DNA of 63,552 nucleotides, counting the filler, from Octopus bimaculoides (taxonomy: Eukaryota), in the NCBI RefSeq assembly GCF_001194135.2. It is 7 parts of 7 records of this genome, joined end to end, with 100 filler letters (N's around TTAATTAATTAA, not from the genome) between each part and the next. Parts side by side here need not be neighbours in the genome. Positions count along the whole stretch, not along the records: positions 43,500 to 59,566 come from NC_068981.1; positions 59,667 to 61,557 come from NW_026295627.1; positions 61,658 to 63,552 come from NC_068996.1; 4 more parts are not named here. The stretch is one strand, 5' to 3'. Position 1 is the stretch's first letter. The number at the start of each line of letters is the position of its first letter. The position numbers and the translations under genes are program-made. This document shows, one piece after another, positions 52,400 through 63,552 of this stretch. The notes beneath the pieces were generated by a model. That model was not told the DNA's origin and did no database searches. It saw only the letters and a program-made list of their open reading frames with translations.

Positions 52400-52830
52400 G
52401 GAATAAATCATCGGGTCGATTTCTTCGACTGAAGTGGGTACTCTAGCATATGTGCTGTCACATGAACGATACAAGTATAACAATAAAAAAAAACTATTCC
52501 ATTTTTATCCCGAGCAATGCCGGTTATCTCTGCTAGTATGTATATATATATATATATATATATATACATGCATGTGTGTGTGTCTGTGTTTGAACCTCCA
52601 CCCATCGCTTGACAACCGATGTGGCTGTGTTTACGGCCCCTTAACTTAGCCGTTTCGCAAAATACTCCGATAGAATAAGTTCTAGGATTACAATGAATAA
52701 ATCATGGGGTCAATTTCTTCGACTAAAGCTGATGCTCTAGCATATTACCTGTTACATGGCCGAAACAACTACAACAATAAAAAACTATACCATTTTAATC
52801 TCGAACTACATCGGTTATCTCTGCTAGTAT
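52400..52830 (+). repeat. duplicated SINE-fragment plus Helitron-type 3' end
   Basis: 52400-52536 and 52700-52828 are diverged direct repeats. Each ends ...ggttatctctgCTAGt; the first keeps a CCCG..CGGT hairpin. Confidence 0.6.
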
Positions 52831-53386
52831 ATGTGTGTGTATGTGTGTGTGTGTGTATTTGTGAGTGGAACGCGAAATTATATGCAGAAAAGTGCGTTAT
52901 TATATGGAATGCAATGTCCTTCCTGTTTAGCATTTGCTAAATGACCAACAAATTAACATTACAATAGATACAATAGTTACAATATGAAATTGGTTTGACA
53001 TCCTCTGCACGACGTAAGTTGCGTCTCACTATTGACCTTTTCAACCAAACAATAATATATAATTAGCTTAGATATCCGTTGTATTTTTTTGCTCAGCAAT
53101 CTATATAGCCAGCGTGCATGTCCGTGAGTATGGCAGTTTTACTTAACAGTATCCATGATATGATAATTTAAATGAAGTCTCTTTACATTTGATTTGCCTC
53201 ACTATTGAATTTACATTAAATTTGACGTATGATTAATGCTGCTGTACAAGGCGAAATATAGCAAATATTCACTGGTGTACTACCGGCATGCATTAGACAT
53301 TGTTTTAAACAAATATATTCTTAATGGCATCCTAGAATAGTAATGCACACGTACGCAGGCTCTATCTTCCTCCCCCTCTCTCTCTT

Positions 53387-53424
<38 letters not shown>

Positions 53425-53507
53425 ATATCTATGTATGTATAAATGTTTTAAAATCGTTCATGTACGATGAAATTTCTCCGGCTTCGTTTTAATTTCCACG
53501 GTATTAG

Positions 53508-53845
53508 ATGAAGGCGCATGGCTCAGTGGTTAGTGCGTTGAGCTTACGATCGTGAGGTTGTGAGCTCGAATCCCGGACCGGACTGCGTGTTGTGTTCTTG
53601 AGCAAGACACTTTATTTCACGTTGCCCCAGTTCACTCGGCTGTAGAAATGAGTTGCGACGTCACAGGTGCCAAGATGCATTAGCCTTTACTTTTCCCTTG
53701 GATAACACTGATGGCGTGGAGAGAGGAGGCCGGTATGCATGGGCGACTGCTGGTCTTCCATAAAAAAGACCTTCCCCGGACTTGTGCCTGGAAGGGTAAC
53801 TTTCTAGGTGCAATCCCATGGTCAGTCATGACCAAAGGGGGTCTC
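53508..53845 (+). mobile_element. tRNA-derived SINE with CORE-like segment
   Basis: A box TGGCTCAGTGG, B box GAGCTCGAATCC, then gtgttcttgagcaagacactt. Confidence 0.85.
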
Positions 53846-54837
53846 AGCATTATATGCCACTAACGTTGGCGGCATACATGATGCTTCCCTTGTCCCTCCT
53901 CATACTATAGTCAACAAGAATTTCAATGATGTAAGTCCTTCACCTAGTTTACATTTATAATTAAAATAATAATTATACCTCATTACGTCATCTATTCAAT
54001 TTCATTTATTTCATTAAATCAAATTCCATTGCAAATATACATGCGTTAACTTTTACTGTAAGCTTTCATATAATTCCTGTTCATACAATTTCCATGACTA
54101 TTCCTCAAAGCTTTGATTTAGCATAAAAAACAACTATTTTCTTTTCATTTTCAACTCGTTTAATCATGGTGTGTAAAAAACGACTCTGTGCATTGTAAAA
54201 CTTGAAAACTCTACCACCGCACAAACTGCACGAGATATTTTTGGTTTCATGCTAAAATAATCCCCCACAATTTTGTGGTGTCATCTTTTCCTACTCTCCT
54301 AAACAAGGAGGTAGCTCCGTATAATGATTGCACAGTTGCAGCATTTTCCCCACTTTAAACCCTGCCTTCGAGTTTCCCCTAACCTACACCTTCTACGCAC
54401 TAATGATCTGCTATCCACCACATTCAACAACAGCCACTATAATGTAAACCAACGACCTTTCGTTCTAAATTCCTGCAGCTATGAATAATACACACACAGA
54501 TAGTCACGAAAAGGGCACCCTTGCTTTGATTGAATAAAAGGACGGCATGCGAGTATTCTTTAAAGACAAGATTGTGTCTATAAACATAACGAAAAAGCTC
54601 TACTACAAGCTCCGTACTAACTGTGAATGGTAGTCTGCTAGATAAATTTAGTTGTTCAAAACGCTTGATCTTCCTATCATCGAGGATTTCACCTGGAGAA
54701 AAGACATCATACTTTGGGCAACCTTCCAAAGACTAACCTTCACTTCAGCGCTAGAAAATATTCCAGTAATGGAATGTGCTAAGATTCTTCAAGGATCATA
54801 TGAACATAGAATCCTGTAACCTGATGCACGTTTACAT

Positions 54838-56620
54838 GTGTGTATGTCATTATTCAGTTTATTTCAAGATTTCTTGTCAATAAGGAAAGAACCGGTTTCT
54901 AACCTAGATCCAAGGCTCTTTCATTGGGATTTCAACATCAACAACAGCGTATTTTTGTTTGTATATATGTATGTATGTTTGTTTTATGTATGTATTCTCA
55001 TGCATAAAGTTGCATATCTAGACATATTCATATATATTTAAATGTTAAAGTTCTGGTAAGATTTAAACATTTTTACAGTTTCACTTCTCAAGATTGGTAT
55101 TTAAGCAGTGTGCTATAAAACCCAAGGCCCCGATAATTACAAGTATAAACCTGAACTTGTAATCTGGATAGAGTATCTGCAAATTTCTCAATAGTTGATC
55201 TTCAGCTTTATGTTAACATCCGCCGGGCATCTAATTTCCACAACTGTGCCACGTTTCTCTTCTCTATCCCAAATTATTATATCAGGTCTGTCGTACTTAC
55301 ATTTTATTGAGGTCTTCACTGGGACATTGCACCAGTATTCCTTTTTATTATTGGTGGCTATGGCTTCTACAATATTGTCAGTTTTTATTGTTTGTCATCG
55401 GGATTATCCTTCTGACGGATTTCATTATAGAGTGTCCTAGCTACAACGTCATGTCTTGCCGGTAGATAATACTGTGATAACATTTTCAGACAACGGCTTA
55501 TGATGTAGGTGATATCTTTAGAGTGAACTCCACAAAGTCTGCATCAGCTGTCACACTTCACGGCTTTACCTGTATCTGTATCTCTTTTGTGCATCATTTA
55601 TGTATGTATGTATGTATCAATGTATGAATGTCATTATTCAGTCTTATTTCAAGATTTCTTACCAATTGAGAAAGAGTCGGTTTCTAACCTAGATCGAAGG
55701 TTCATTCATTGGAGTTTCAACAACAAGCTATGTTTGTATGTGTGTGTATGTGTGTATATATGTACAGATTGATATGTTTTGCTTTACGTATGTATTCTCA
55801 TGCATATAGTTGCATATGTAGACATCCTCGTATATACTTATATGATAAGATGATGGTGTGTTTTACAGATTCTTACTTTTCCAGTGGTGGATTGGTTCTG
55901 GAGTATTCGTTTTCCTTTTTTGGATTTGAGAAGCCTAATTCTCAAGATTGTTATTTAAGCAGTTTATTACATATCCCAGTGCCCTAATAATTACTGGTAA
56001 AAAACCTGTTCTTGTAATCGGGATAGAGTAACTGCAAATTTATCAATAGTTCAGCGTAGGTATTTTCTTTTTCGCTGATCCTTAGCTTCATGTAAACATC
56101 CGCTGGACAGCTGATTTCCCCAACGGTACACAGTTTCTCTTCTCTATCCCAAATTATTATGTCAGGTTTATTATCCTTACATTTTGTTGAGGTTCTCACT
56201 GGGACGTTCCACGAGCACTCCTTTGGATTATGAGTGGCTATGGCTTCCACCATATTGTAGGTCTTATCTCTATGTTCTCAGAGTTATCCGCCCGACGGAT
56301 TTTGTTATACAATGTCCTGGCCACGACATCGTGTCATCGGTAGACAATACAGTGATGATATTTCTGGACAACTGCTTATGATATAGGTGATATTTTCTGT
56401 GTTAACTCCACAAAGTCTGTATCGGCTGTCATGTGTTACTGATTTTCCTGCATCTTTGTCCCTCTTGTCCATCAGGTATTTAGTTGATGTTTCCTGTTCC
56501 TGGATTGCAAACGCATGTCCTTCAGAGCGGGAGGTATAATTCGGTTGTAAGCCCATGATACACTGTTTTGATGAGTAATATTACTACCATCTTTGAGCTT
56601 TCTACTTGCATATTCTTGCA
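54838..56620 (-). mobile_element. two head-to-tail 5'-truncated copies of an R4-like RLE LINE 3' end
   Basis: EGHAFAIQEQETSTKYL..RLCGVNTENITYIISSCP..RHDVVA..WNVPVRTSTKCKDNKPDIIIWDREEKLCTVGEISCPAD..LQLLYPDYK. The 3'UTR block is repeated at 54845-54945 and 55625-55728. Confidence 0.85.
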
Positions 56621-56774
56621 TGTATGTATGTGTGTGTATGTATGCTTGTATATATNNNNNNNNNNNNNNNNNNNNNNNNNNNNNNNNNNNNNNNNNNNNN
56701 NNNNNNNNNNNNNNNNNNNNNNNNNNNNNNNNNNNNNNNNNNNNNNNNNNNNNNNNNNNNNNNNNNNNNNNNNN

Positions 56775-56806
<32 letters not shown>

Positions 56807-57348
56807 CACACAAGCAAATACAGATACTTATACACATATTCGTGGGTGTGAGAATCTATGATCCACAGTCAAGCACGCACACGTATTCATAAAAATACAC
56901 ACATAGTAAAGAATTCATAGCATTCTATGTTTTAAAGTATATCCAACTGTACACTTAACAACTTTATTGTTTACTTTCAATTTCATACTCAGACATATGT
57001 ACGTATCTTATGGAAAATATGTCTTGAATTAATCACTTTGTTCCAATACAAAACAGATATAATCTTTAGTGCGTAAGAAATAAAATAAACTCAATCGTAT
57101 GTTTGAAAAGAAACCCTAAGCTAATGGCAGGTAGTATGACACTGTAACCTATAAATCAAAGAAATGTAAAAGTAATACATTCGGCAAGCTTATGTGTCCG
57201 TCAAACCTGACCAAAGATTAGTTTATGTGATGGATAGCATCTATACAAAAAAACTTGTAATCACTTTTAGAATAATATTACTATATACATATAAATACAT
57301 AGCTATACAACTATACATATGTACACACATACACAGACAAATATATAT

Positions 57349-57384
<36 letters not shown>

Positions 57385-59520
57385 NNNNNNNNNNNNNNNN
57401 NNNNNNNNNNNNNNNNNNNNNNNNNNNNNNNNNNNNNNNNNNNNNNNNNNNNNNNNNNNNNNNNNNNNNNNNNNNNNNNNNNNNNNNNNNNNNNNNNNNN
57501 NNNNNNNNNNNNNNNNNNNNNNNNNNNNNNNNNNNNNNNNNNNNNNNNNNNNNNNNNNNNNNNNNNNNNNNNNNNNNNNNNNNNNNNNNNNNNNNNNNNN
57601 NNNNNNNNNNNNNNNNNNNNNNNNNNNNNNNNNNNNNNNNNNNNNNNNNNNNNNNNNNNNNNNNNNNNNNNNNNNNNNNNNNNNNNNNNNNNNNNNNNNN
57701 NNNNNNNNNNNNNNNNNNNNNNNNNNNNNNNNNNNNNNNNNNNNNNNNNNNNNNNNNNNNNNNNNNNNNNNNNNNNNNNNNNNNNNNNNNNNNNNNNNNN
57801 NNNNNNNNNNNNTATATGTACTTGACTTGACGTTGGACATGAGATTCGAAAATCAATTCTTGAGTTTAGCATCATTTTTCTTCTTGTATTATTGCAGTTG
57901 GTGTGTAAAAGGAAGACGTGTAACAAATCAAACAAACAACAGAAAAAGGTGTATCGTTGCAGATAACACCAAATGCAACTAAGCAACAGTAAATATATTT
58001 CAAATACTATTATAGGAGGTTTATCTCACAACAGATACACAGAACTGTGCTCTTGGTAAAATATTGCAAGATATACAACAGTATTAAAAGAAAAACTGAG
58101 TTTCTTCCATGCAAAAATATTACCATAAATAATACTGTACTAAGAGCATTATATTACACTGATACAGAATTAATAGGACAAATAATCTTCCAAATCTTCA
58201 AGTATTTCTAACAATCTTCAGAATGGGAGGAAGTAGAGTGTTCAAAGAAATGATGAGCAACATGTTGGTGAATATACGATAAAAATAGGTTAACGGGAGT
58301 TGTACTTCTGTGACTTTAGCGAATAGATAATTTTATTAAAGTCATTGAAAGTTGAATACTGTGAAACATTTAGTTTAATGTTTTAACAATATGTTACCTC
58401 ATTTCGCTCCTAAATATAATTAATAAGCATTATTACTTCGATAGAATGCCGTGTTAAAATTAATTTATCTCAGAATGTTTTGGGTTTTATAAGTCCTTTA
58501 AGGAAGTGAAATTGAAAGCAACATCCTCAAGGTTTTTTTTAGTACAAATCAGACACAAATTGCCTATTACATAAACATTTATTCAAGGAATCTATGCGTA
58601 TTTATGAATTCATTCGAGCTATTTAAAAGTTCTTTCTCTATTAATATCATGTCAATGCATTCTTGCATATAGTTTCGTGCTCACACGCACATTACACATG
58701 CGCGCGCACAAGCACACTCACACACACATGCGCACATACACACACACATACTCTCACACTGACACACATATATGCAGAAATATATTTCATGAATTTGGAT
58801 ACATATGGCTGTATGTGTTTACGTATCTTAGCCATATTTATGCATGTGCTTTCATATTATGCATATAGACCCCTGTAACATTAGCAGTTCATCACAAGGG
58901 ACCGATAAAAGGGTGCCAGATGTAACCAAAGAAGTATAAGTGCCATTTTTCCGACTAAAACTCTTCGAGGCGGTGCCCTAGCAGTCCAATGTCTAGAACA
59001 AGTGAAAAATAGAAAAATAAAACATACGTTGTTACTAGTTTTCCTTCAATAAATTCCTTTTAGAACTAAATACATTAATTTCATTTGTAATTCGCGTGTA
59101 ATCGAGAAAATACAAACATCGTTTCTAATGAATCATTTGATATTTTACATTTGTTATGGTTTGATATAACACCATTATCGTTAACTTATTGTACCATATA
59201 ACCTTATACCTAACCAGATGTGATATACAAAGCTATCATACATGACAATAATGAAAAGAAAGACACCTGCTACCTAGAAACTAAAATAATCACAGCGATA
59301 ATAAGAAATTAATAAACAATATCTATAATACTTATGTTTCAAATGTCATTAATTATTTGACAAAACGGCTCTTGATCCAGATTACAACACAAACACAAAC
59401 GTATCTACGCACAAATATGTGCACGTAATCTCACGTACGAATACATACAAGCATTAAAATACACACATATATACATACGAAAATACACACATATATATAT
59501 ATATATATACATATTCATGC

Positions 59521-59566
<46 letters not shown>

Positions 59567-60336
59567 NNNNNNNNNNNNNNNNNNNNNNNNNNNNNNNNNN
59601 NNNNNNNNNNTTAATTAATTAANNNNNNNNNNNNNNNNNNNNNNNNNNNNNNNNNNNNNNNNNNNNTTATTATTATTATTATTATTATTGTTATTTTGCT
59701 GTCGTTACCATTGTTATTTTTGTTGTTCTTAATACAGAAGTGCTCTCCACCAGCGATAATGTAATTGTTGTCGGTTGGAGAAAGGCGGGTTTTGCAAGGT
59801 TTGTGTAGACGTTGGATGACGTAAGCCGAGTTAACAAGATTTGAACATTAAAGACACAAACGGAAAAAGACAATTATTTATTATTCACTGATGTTATTTT
59901 TAACGTTTAAATAAATTAGGTGTGTGTGTGTGTGTGTGTGAATGTTTTCTTATGAATTGTGCAACAACAGTCGACATTAATTTCAGAAGTATTTCAAACG
60001 TATATTCAACAGTCAGGGAGGTGAAAGTATGTTTATACACAACAACAACAACAATAATAATAATAATAATAATAATAATTTCTTTTATAATAATGGTTTC
60101 AAATTTTGCCACAAAGGTAGCAATTNNNNNNNNNNNNNNNNNNNNNNNNNNNNNNNNNNNNNNNNNNNNNNNNNNNNNNNNNNNNNNNNNNNNNNNNNNN
60201 NNNNNNNNNNNNNNNNNNNNNNNNNNNNNNNNNNNNNNNNNNNNNNNNNNNNNNNNNNNNNNNNNNNNNNNNNNNNNNNNNNNNNNNNNNNNNNNNNNNN
60301 NNNNNNNNNNNNNNNNNNNNNNNNNNNAACAACAAC

Positions 60337-60375
<39 letters not shown>

Positions 60376-60458
60376 TTCTTTTATAATAATGGTTTCAAAT
60401 TTTGCCACAAAGGTAGCAATTGGGGGGGGGGACGAGTCCGATTACAGTGTTCAGCTGG

Positions 60459-60737
60459 TGTTATAAACCCAAACTGGAATATCAAAGTTTAAAAGGTTTT
60501 AATCGACTGAAAATCCAGCAATCTACAATACAAACAAAGATTGCTAAATTGTAAGCAAAACCAAACTTCAACGCAAAAACAGTTTTATGCAGCCAGTTGA
60601 TTCAGTCTCGACTCACTAAAAACCAACACTGAACACATCGTGCCGCAAACAGAACAGAACTCTGCGCAGTCCCACTGCAGACATATAACAGCAATCGAGA
60701 CAATCAAAATCGTGTGATCAAAACTAAAATCACAACA
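60459..60737 (-). mobile_element. 3' LTR (279 bp) of a Gypsy element
   Basis: The minus strand starts TGTT directly after a G11AA polypurine tract (60738-60750) and ends AACA at 60459. Confidence 0.75.
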
Positions 60738-60869
60738 TTCCCCCCCCCCCAAGGAAAAAGAACAATTAACCAACAAATTGCAAAATACAAACGTAACTAA
60801 TGAGCCAATCAGAACAACGTAATAATGAGGCATTTCCTAATCGTAACACATCATCAATCGTAAATCTAA

Positions 60870-61520
60870 CCGATCAGGAACTTGTTTTGTTCTGGATGAA
60901 CACCATTGCAAAGTAGTTTGAGGTTCTGGTTCTTTGAGCTGGTGTAGGTGGGACAGAATCGATCCTGGTATCTGAAAAAGCACCATGGTGTTCATGCACT
61001 TGAGTCGGATCAGTGTCAGCAACATCAGTTTGATCCTTACTTAACTGATACTCCTCAGTCGCTTTGCCAGCAGAAGCTAAATCTCTGATGGACGCAGTAC
61101 TTTCACGTCCATCTGGGTACTGCACCCTCCCGTGGTTAGGGTTAATTTGTACCAATTGGGCTTCATCTACTAACGGATCATGCTTATTGCGTACATGTCG
61201 TTTAACAAACACTTTGTCAGGTCCTTGCATTAACCAAGTAGGAACAGAAACACCACACAGAACGTCTGGGAAATTTAAAGAATCTCTCGTGCGGGGTCTC
61301 ATTAGTTGCCGTGCATAATAATGAATGCTGCGAATGTAAAACTTCTGGAAACACAACTTCCCATTGAGAAACTGGTAAATTTCTGCTACGTAAGGCCAAT
61401 TTAATGGAATTCCATATTACTCCATTATACCTTTCACATTGAGCATTTCCACGACGATTGTACACAGTAGAATGAGTAATCGCTATACTCCTAGCATACA
61501 GAAATTGTTTATATAACTGT
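60870..61520 (-). mobile_element. Ty3/Gypsy integrase C-terminal relic
   Basis: STVYNRRGNAQCERYNGVIWNSIKLAL..LLCTATNETPHERFF (frameshift) VPTWL..GPDKVFVKRHVRNKHDPLVDEAQL..YPDGRESTASIRDLA. Confidence 0.9.
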
Positions 61521-61789
61521 ATGTTTATATAGTTGGATTTACAAAAAAAAAAAAAAANNNNNNNNNNNNNNNNNNNNNNNNNNNNNNNNNNNNNNNNNNN
61601 NTTAATTAATTAANNNNNNNNNNNNNNNNNNNNNNNNNNNNNNNNNNNNNNNNNNNNCATATTGCATTTAAGGTAATGCTCACATTACTTAAATAAATTG
61701 AAGTAGCATGAAACGTGCGTACTGCAATCACTTTTGAAATCCGTGTTGCTTATTATTTGATATATATATATATATATATATAAATATAT

Positions 61790-61903
61790 CATCATCATCA
61801 TCATCATCATCATCGTTTAACGTCCGCTTTCCATGCTAGCATGGGTTGGACGATTTGACTGAGGACTGGTGAAACCGGATGGCAACACCAGGCTCCAGTC
61901 TGA
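61790..61903 (-). repeat. short retroposon 3' end with (GAT)n tail
   Basis: catcatcatcgtttaacgtccgctttccatgctagcatgggttggacg. Related diverged pieces occur at about 20670-20700 and 32020-32070. Confidence 0.65.
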
Positions 61904-62417
61904 TTATATATATAAAATAAGAAATGGAGTCAAACACATGTCGTATTCAAATCTTTATATTTCCAACATATGTTTTGAAGAAAGTATCGATATTATTCTG
62001 GAGTGAATAAAATTGTGTAAAACAATGCAATCATCTCGTCGGAAAAAAGAGAAACAAAACACATCAATAAGTTAAATGTGATTACCGTGTATATGATGAA
62101 GAGGAACACCAGCAAGTTGTTTTTTAAAAAAACATTAATAGATTTAATGTCAAAGACAATTTAGAGAAAGAGAAGGAGGGGAATTAAAAAAAATTAACAG
62201 AAAATTAAGTGTGCAGAAATATAGTGCAATACATACATACATACATATATGTGTATATATATATACACATGTGTGTTAAGAGAATGGATCAGTGGAGGTA
62301 TGTGCATTTAGAGTATGTGTACATACACATATGCATTTATATTAAAAACAGCAGCAATAAAAATTCTTTCTTGATTTTGCATTCTTTTTTAAATAGTGGC
62401 AAAATATCTAATTCAAT

Positions 62418-62486
<69 letters not shown>

Positions 62487-62608
62487 TCTTTACAGGATTC
62501 TTGAAGTATGACCAGTAAACAAATGTCAACTTAGTCTACTGGCTATGGACAGCTGACACATTCCATCATAATCAGCAAAATAAGCTGTGAGGTTTCATAT
62601 AATAATGA

Positions 62609-62670
<62 letters not shown>

Positions 62671-63230
62671 TATGCTCTGATGCAGTACCAGGCAGTGGCT
62701 CTCATGGTTTCTGATCTTAATTGATTGGAAGTGTTATCATGTACGTTGTTTTGTCTTGGTATAAAAGATGGGCTACACCAAATATTCTGCTTAATACCAC
62801 AGATTTGCTTGTCAGTTGTTTGACCTTAACCAGTTGAGCATGTCTCTTGGTGGCTGACGATATGTGCACGATATGTGATCACGAGCAGAAGTAGTGGGGG
62901 GCATCATAGCCATGTGTTGAGAGGAGTTCTTTGGGGTTTGGATAATTCACCTTCAGAAACATGGTTGCTTTATTCAACATCCTTAAACAGCACTTATTCA
63001 GGGACCTTGTGAGTGGGATGGGCTACTTGACCTTATGAAAATCCTAACTGGGCCTCATTTGCAAGTTCATGTGTTGTTTATCTTGAAATGAAATCACCGT
63101 GCCGCGTGCATATGGTTGTAATGCATGGGCCTGAAGTACTCTTATCAGACGGGTAGTTATGATGGGTATAACGGGCTTCGTATGTTTTACCCCAGTGTCA
63201 CTTTGATGGCATGCACTGCTCTCTCACTCA
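62671..63230 (+). repeat. interspersed repeat ending in (AAT)n, copy 2, inserted within a TAA tract
   Basis: Colinear with 12091-12605 and flanked on both sides by (AAT)n. Confidence 0.85.
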
Positions 63231-63299
63231 ATAATAATAATAATAATAATGATAATAATAATAATAATAATGATGATAATAATAATAATAATAATAAAA

Positions 63300-63552
63300 C
63301 TAGAACAGCAACGGACCATGATAAAACGATGGCAAGAAAAGCCCCTACATGGTAAATACTGGGCTACACTAAATGCGAAAGAAATAGACAGAGAAAAATC
63401 CCAGCAATGGCTGAGAAGCTCAGGACTCAAAGCAGAGATTGAAGGATTTTTAATTGCTGCACAAGACCAGAGCCTCCCCACCAGAAATTACCAAAAACAC
63501 ATAATGAAAAGAAATATAACAAGTAACTGTAGAATATGTGGAGATCAACAAG
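63300..63552 (+). mobile_element. R4/Dong-type LINE fragment, uninterrupted frame to the window end
   Basis: RWQEKPLHGKYW..IDREKSQQWLRSSGLKAEIEGFLIAAQDQSLPTRNYQKHIMK..CRICGD matches W..KPLHG, EGF..A.QDQ...TRNY and the CCHC finger. Starts at a (TAA)n tract. Confidence 0.9.

Noticed and set aside
54424-54735. 104-codon minus-strand open frame with splice-like sites
   Set aside because: It has no recognisable domain, competing exon readings in two frames, and lies beside LINE debris. It is insufficient to call.

Overview
This is AT-rich animal genomic DNA from a gapped draft assembly, with roughly a tenth of the window as N-runs. The SINE families, microsatellite spectrum and gap style point to a coleoid cephalopod, probably Octopus. 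That is inference from recalled repeat sequence, not a database result. I cannot identify an intact host protein-coding gene; most long ORFs in the supplied track are artefacts of N-runs, microsatellites or transposon relics. The window is mostly decayed mobile DNA: about six Penelope-like element (PLE) fragments from two lineages, R4/Dong-type and HERO-type RLE-LINE fragments, RTE-type LINE fragments, a Gypsy integrase with its 3' LTR, mariner/Tc1 relics, Helitron-type ends and many tRNA-derived SINEs. The most notable observation is a short non-coding element with two near-full copies (23243-23580 and 43114-43396, both minus strand). Each joins a tRNA-like Pol III head, an internal (TAA)n microsatellite and a PLE-type minimal hammerhead ribozyme. 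One copy has a back-to-back inverted 5'-truncated partner, a structure typical of PLE insertions. It looks like a ribozyme-bearing SINE/retrozyme that may be mobilised by PLEs. Several long inverted repeats that could form dsRNA and a few weak candidate exons and promoters are also reported.
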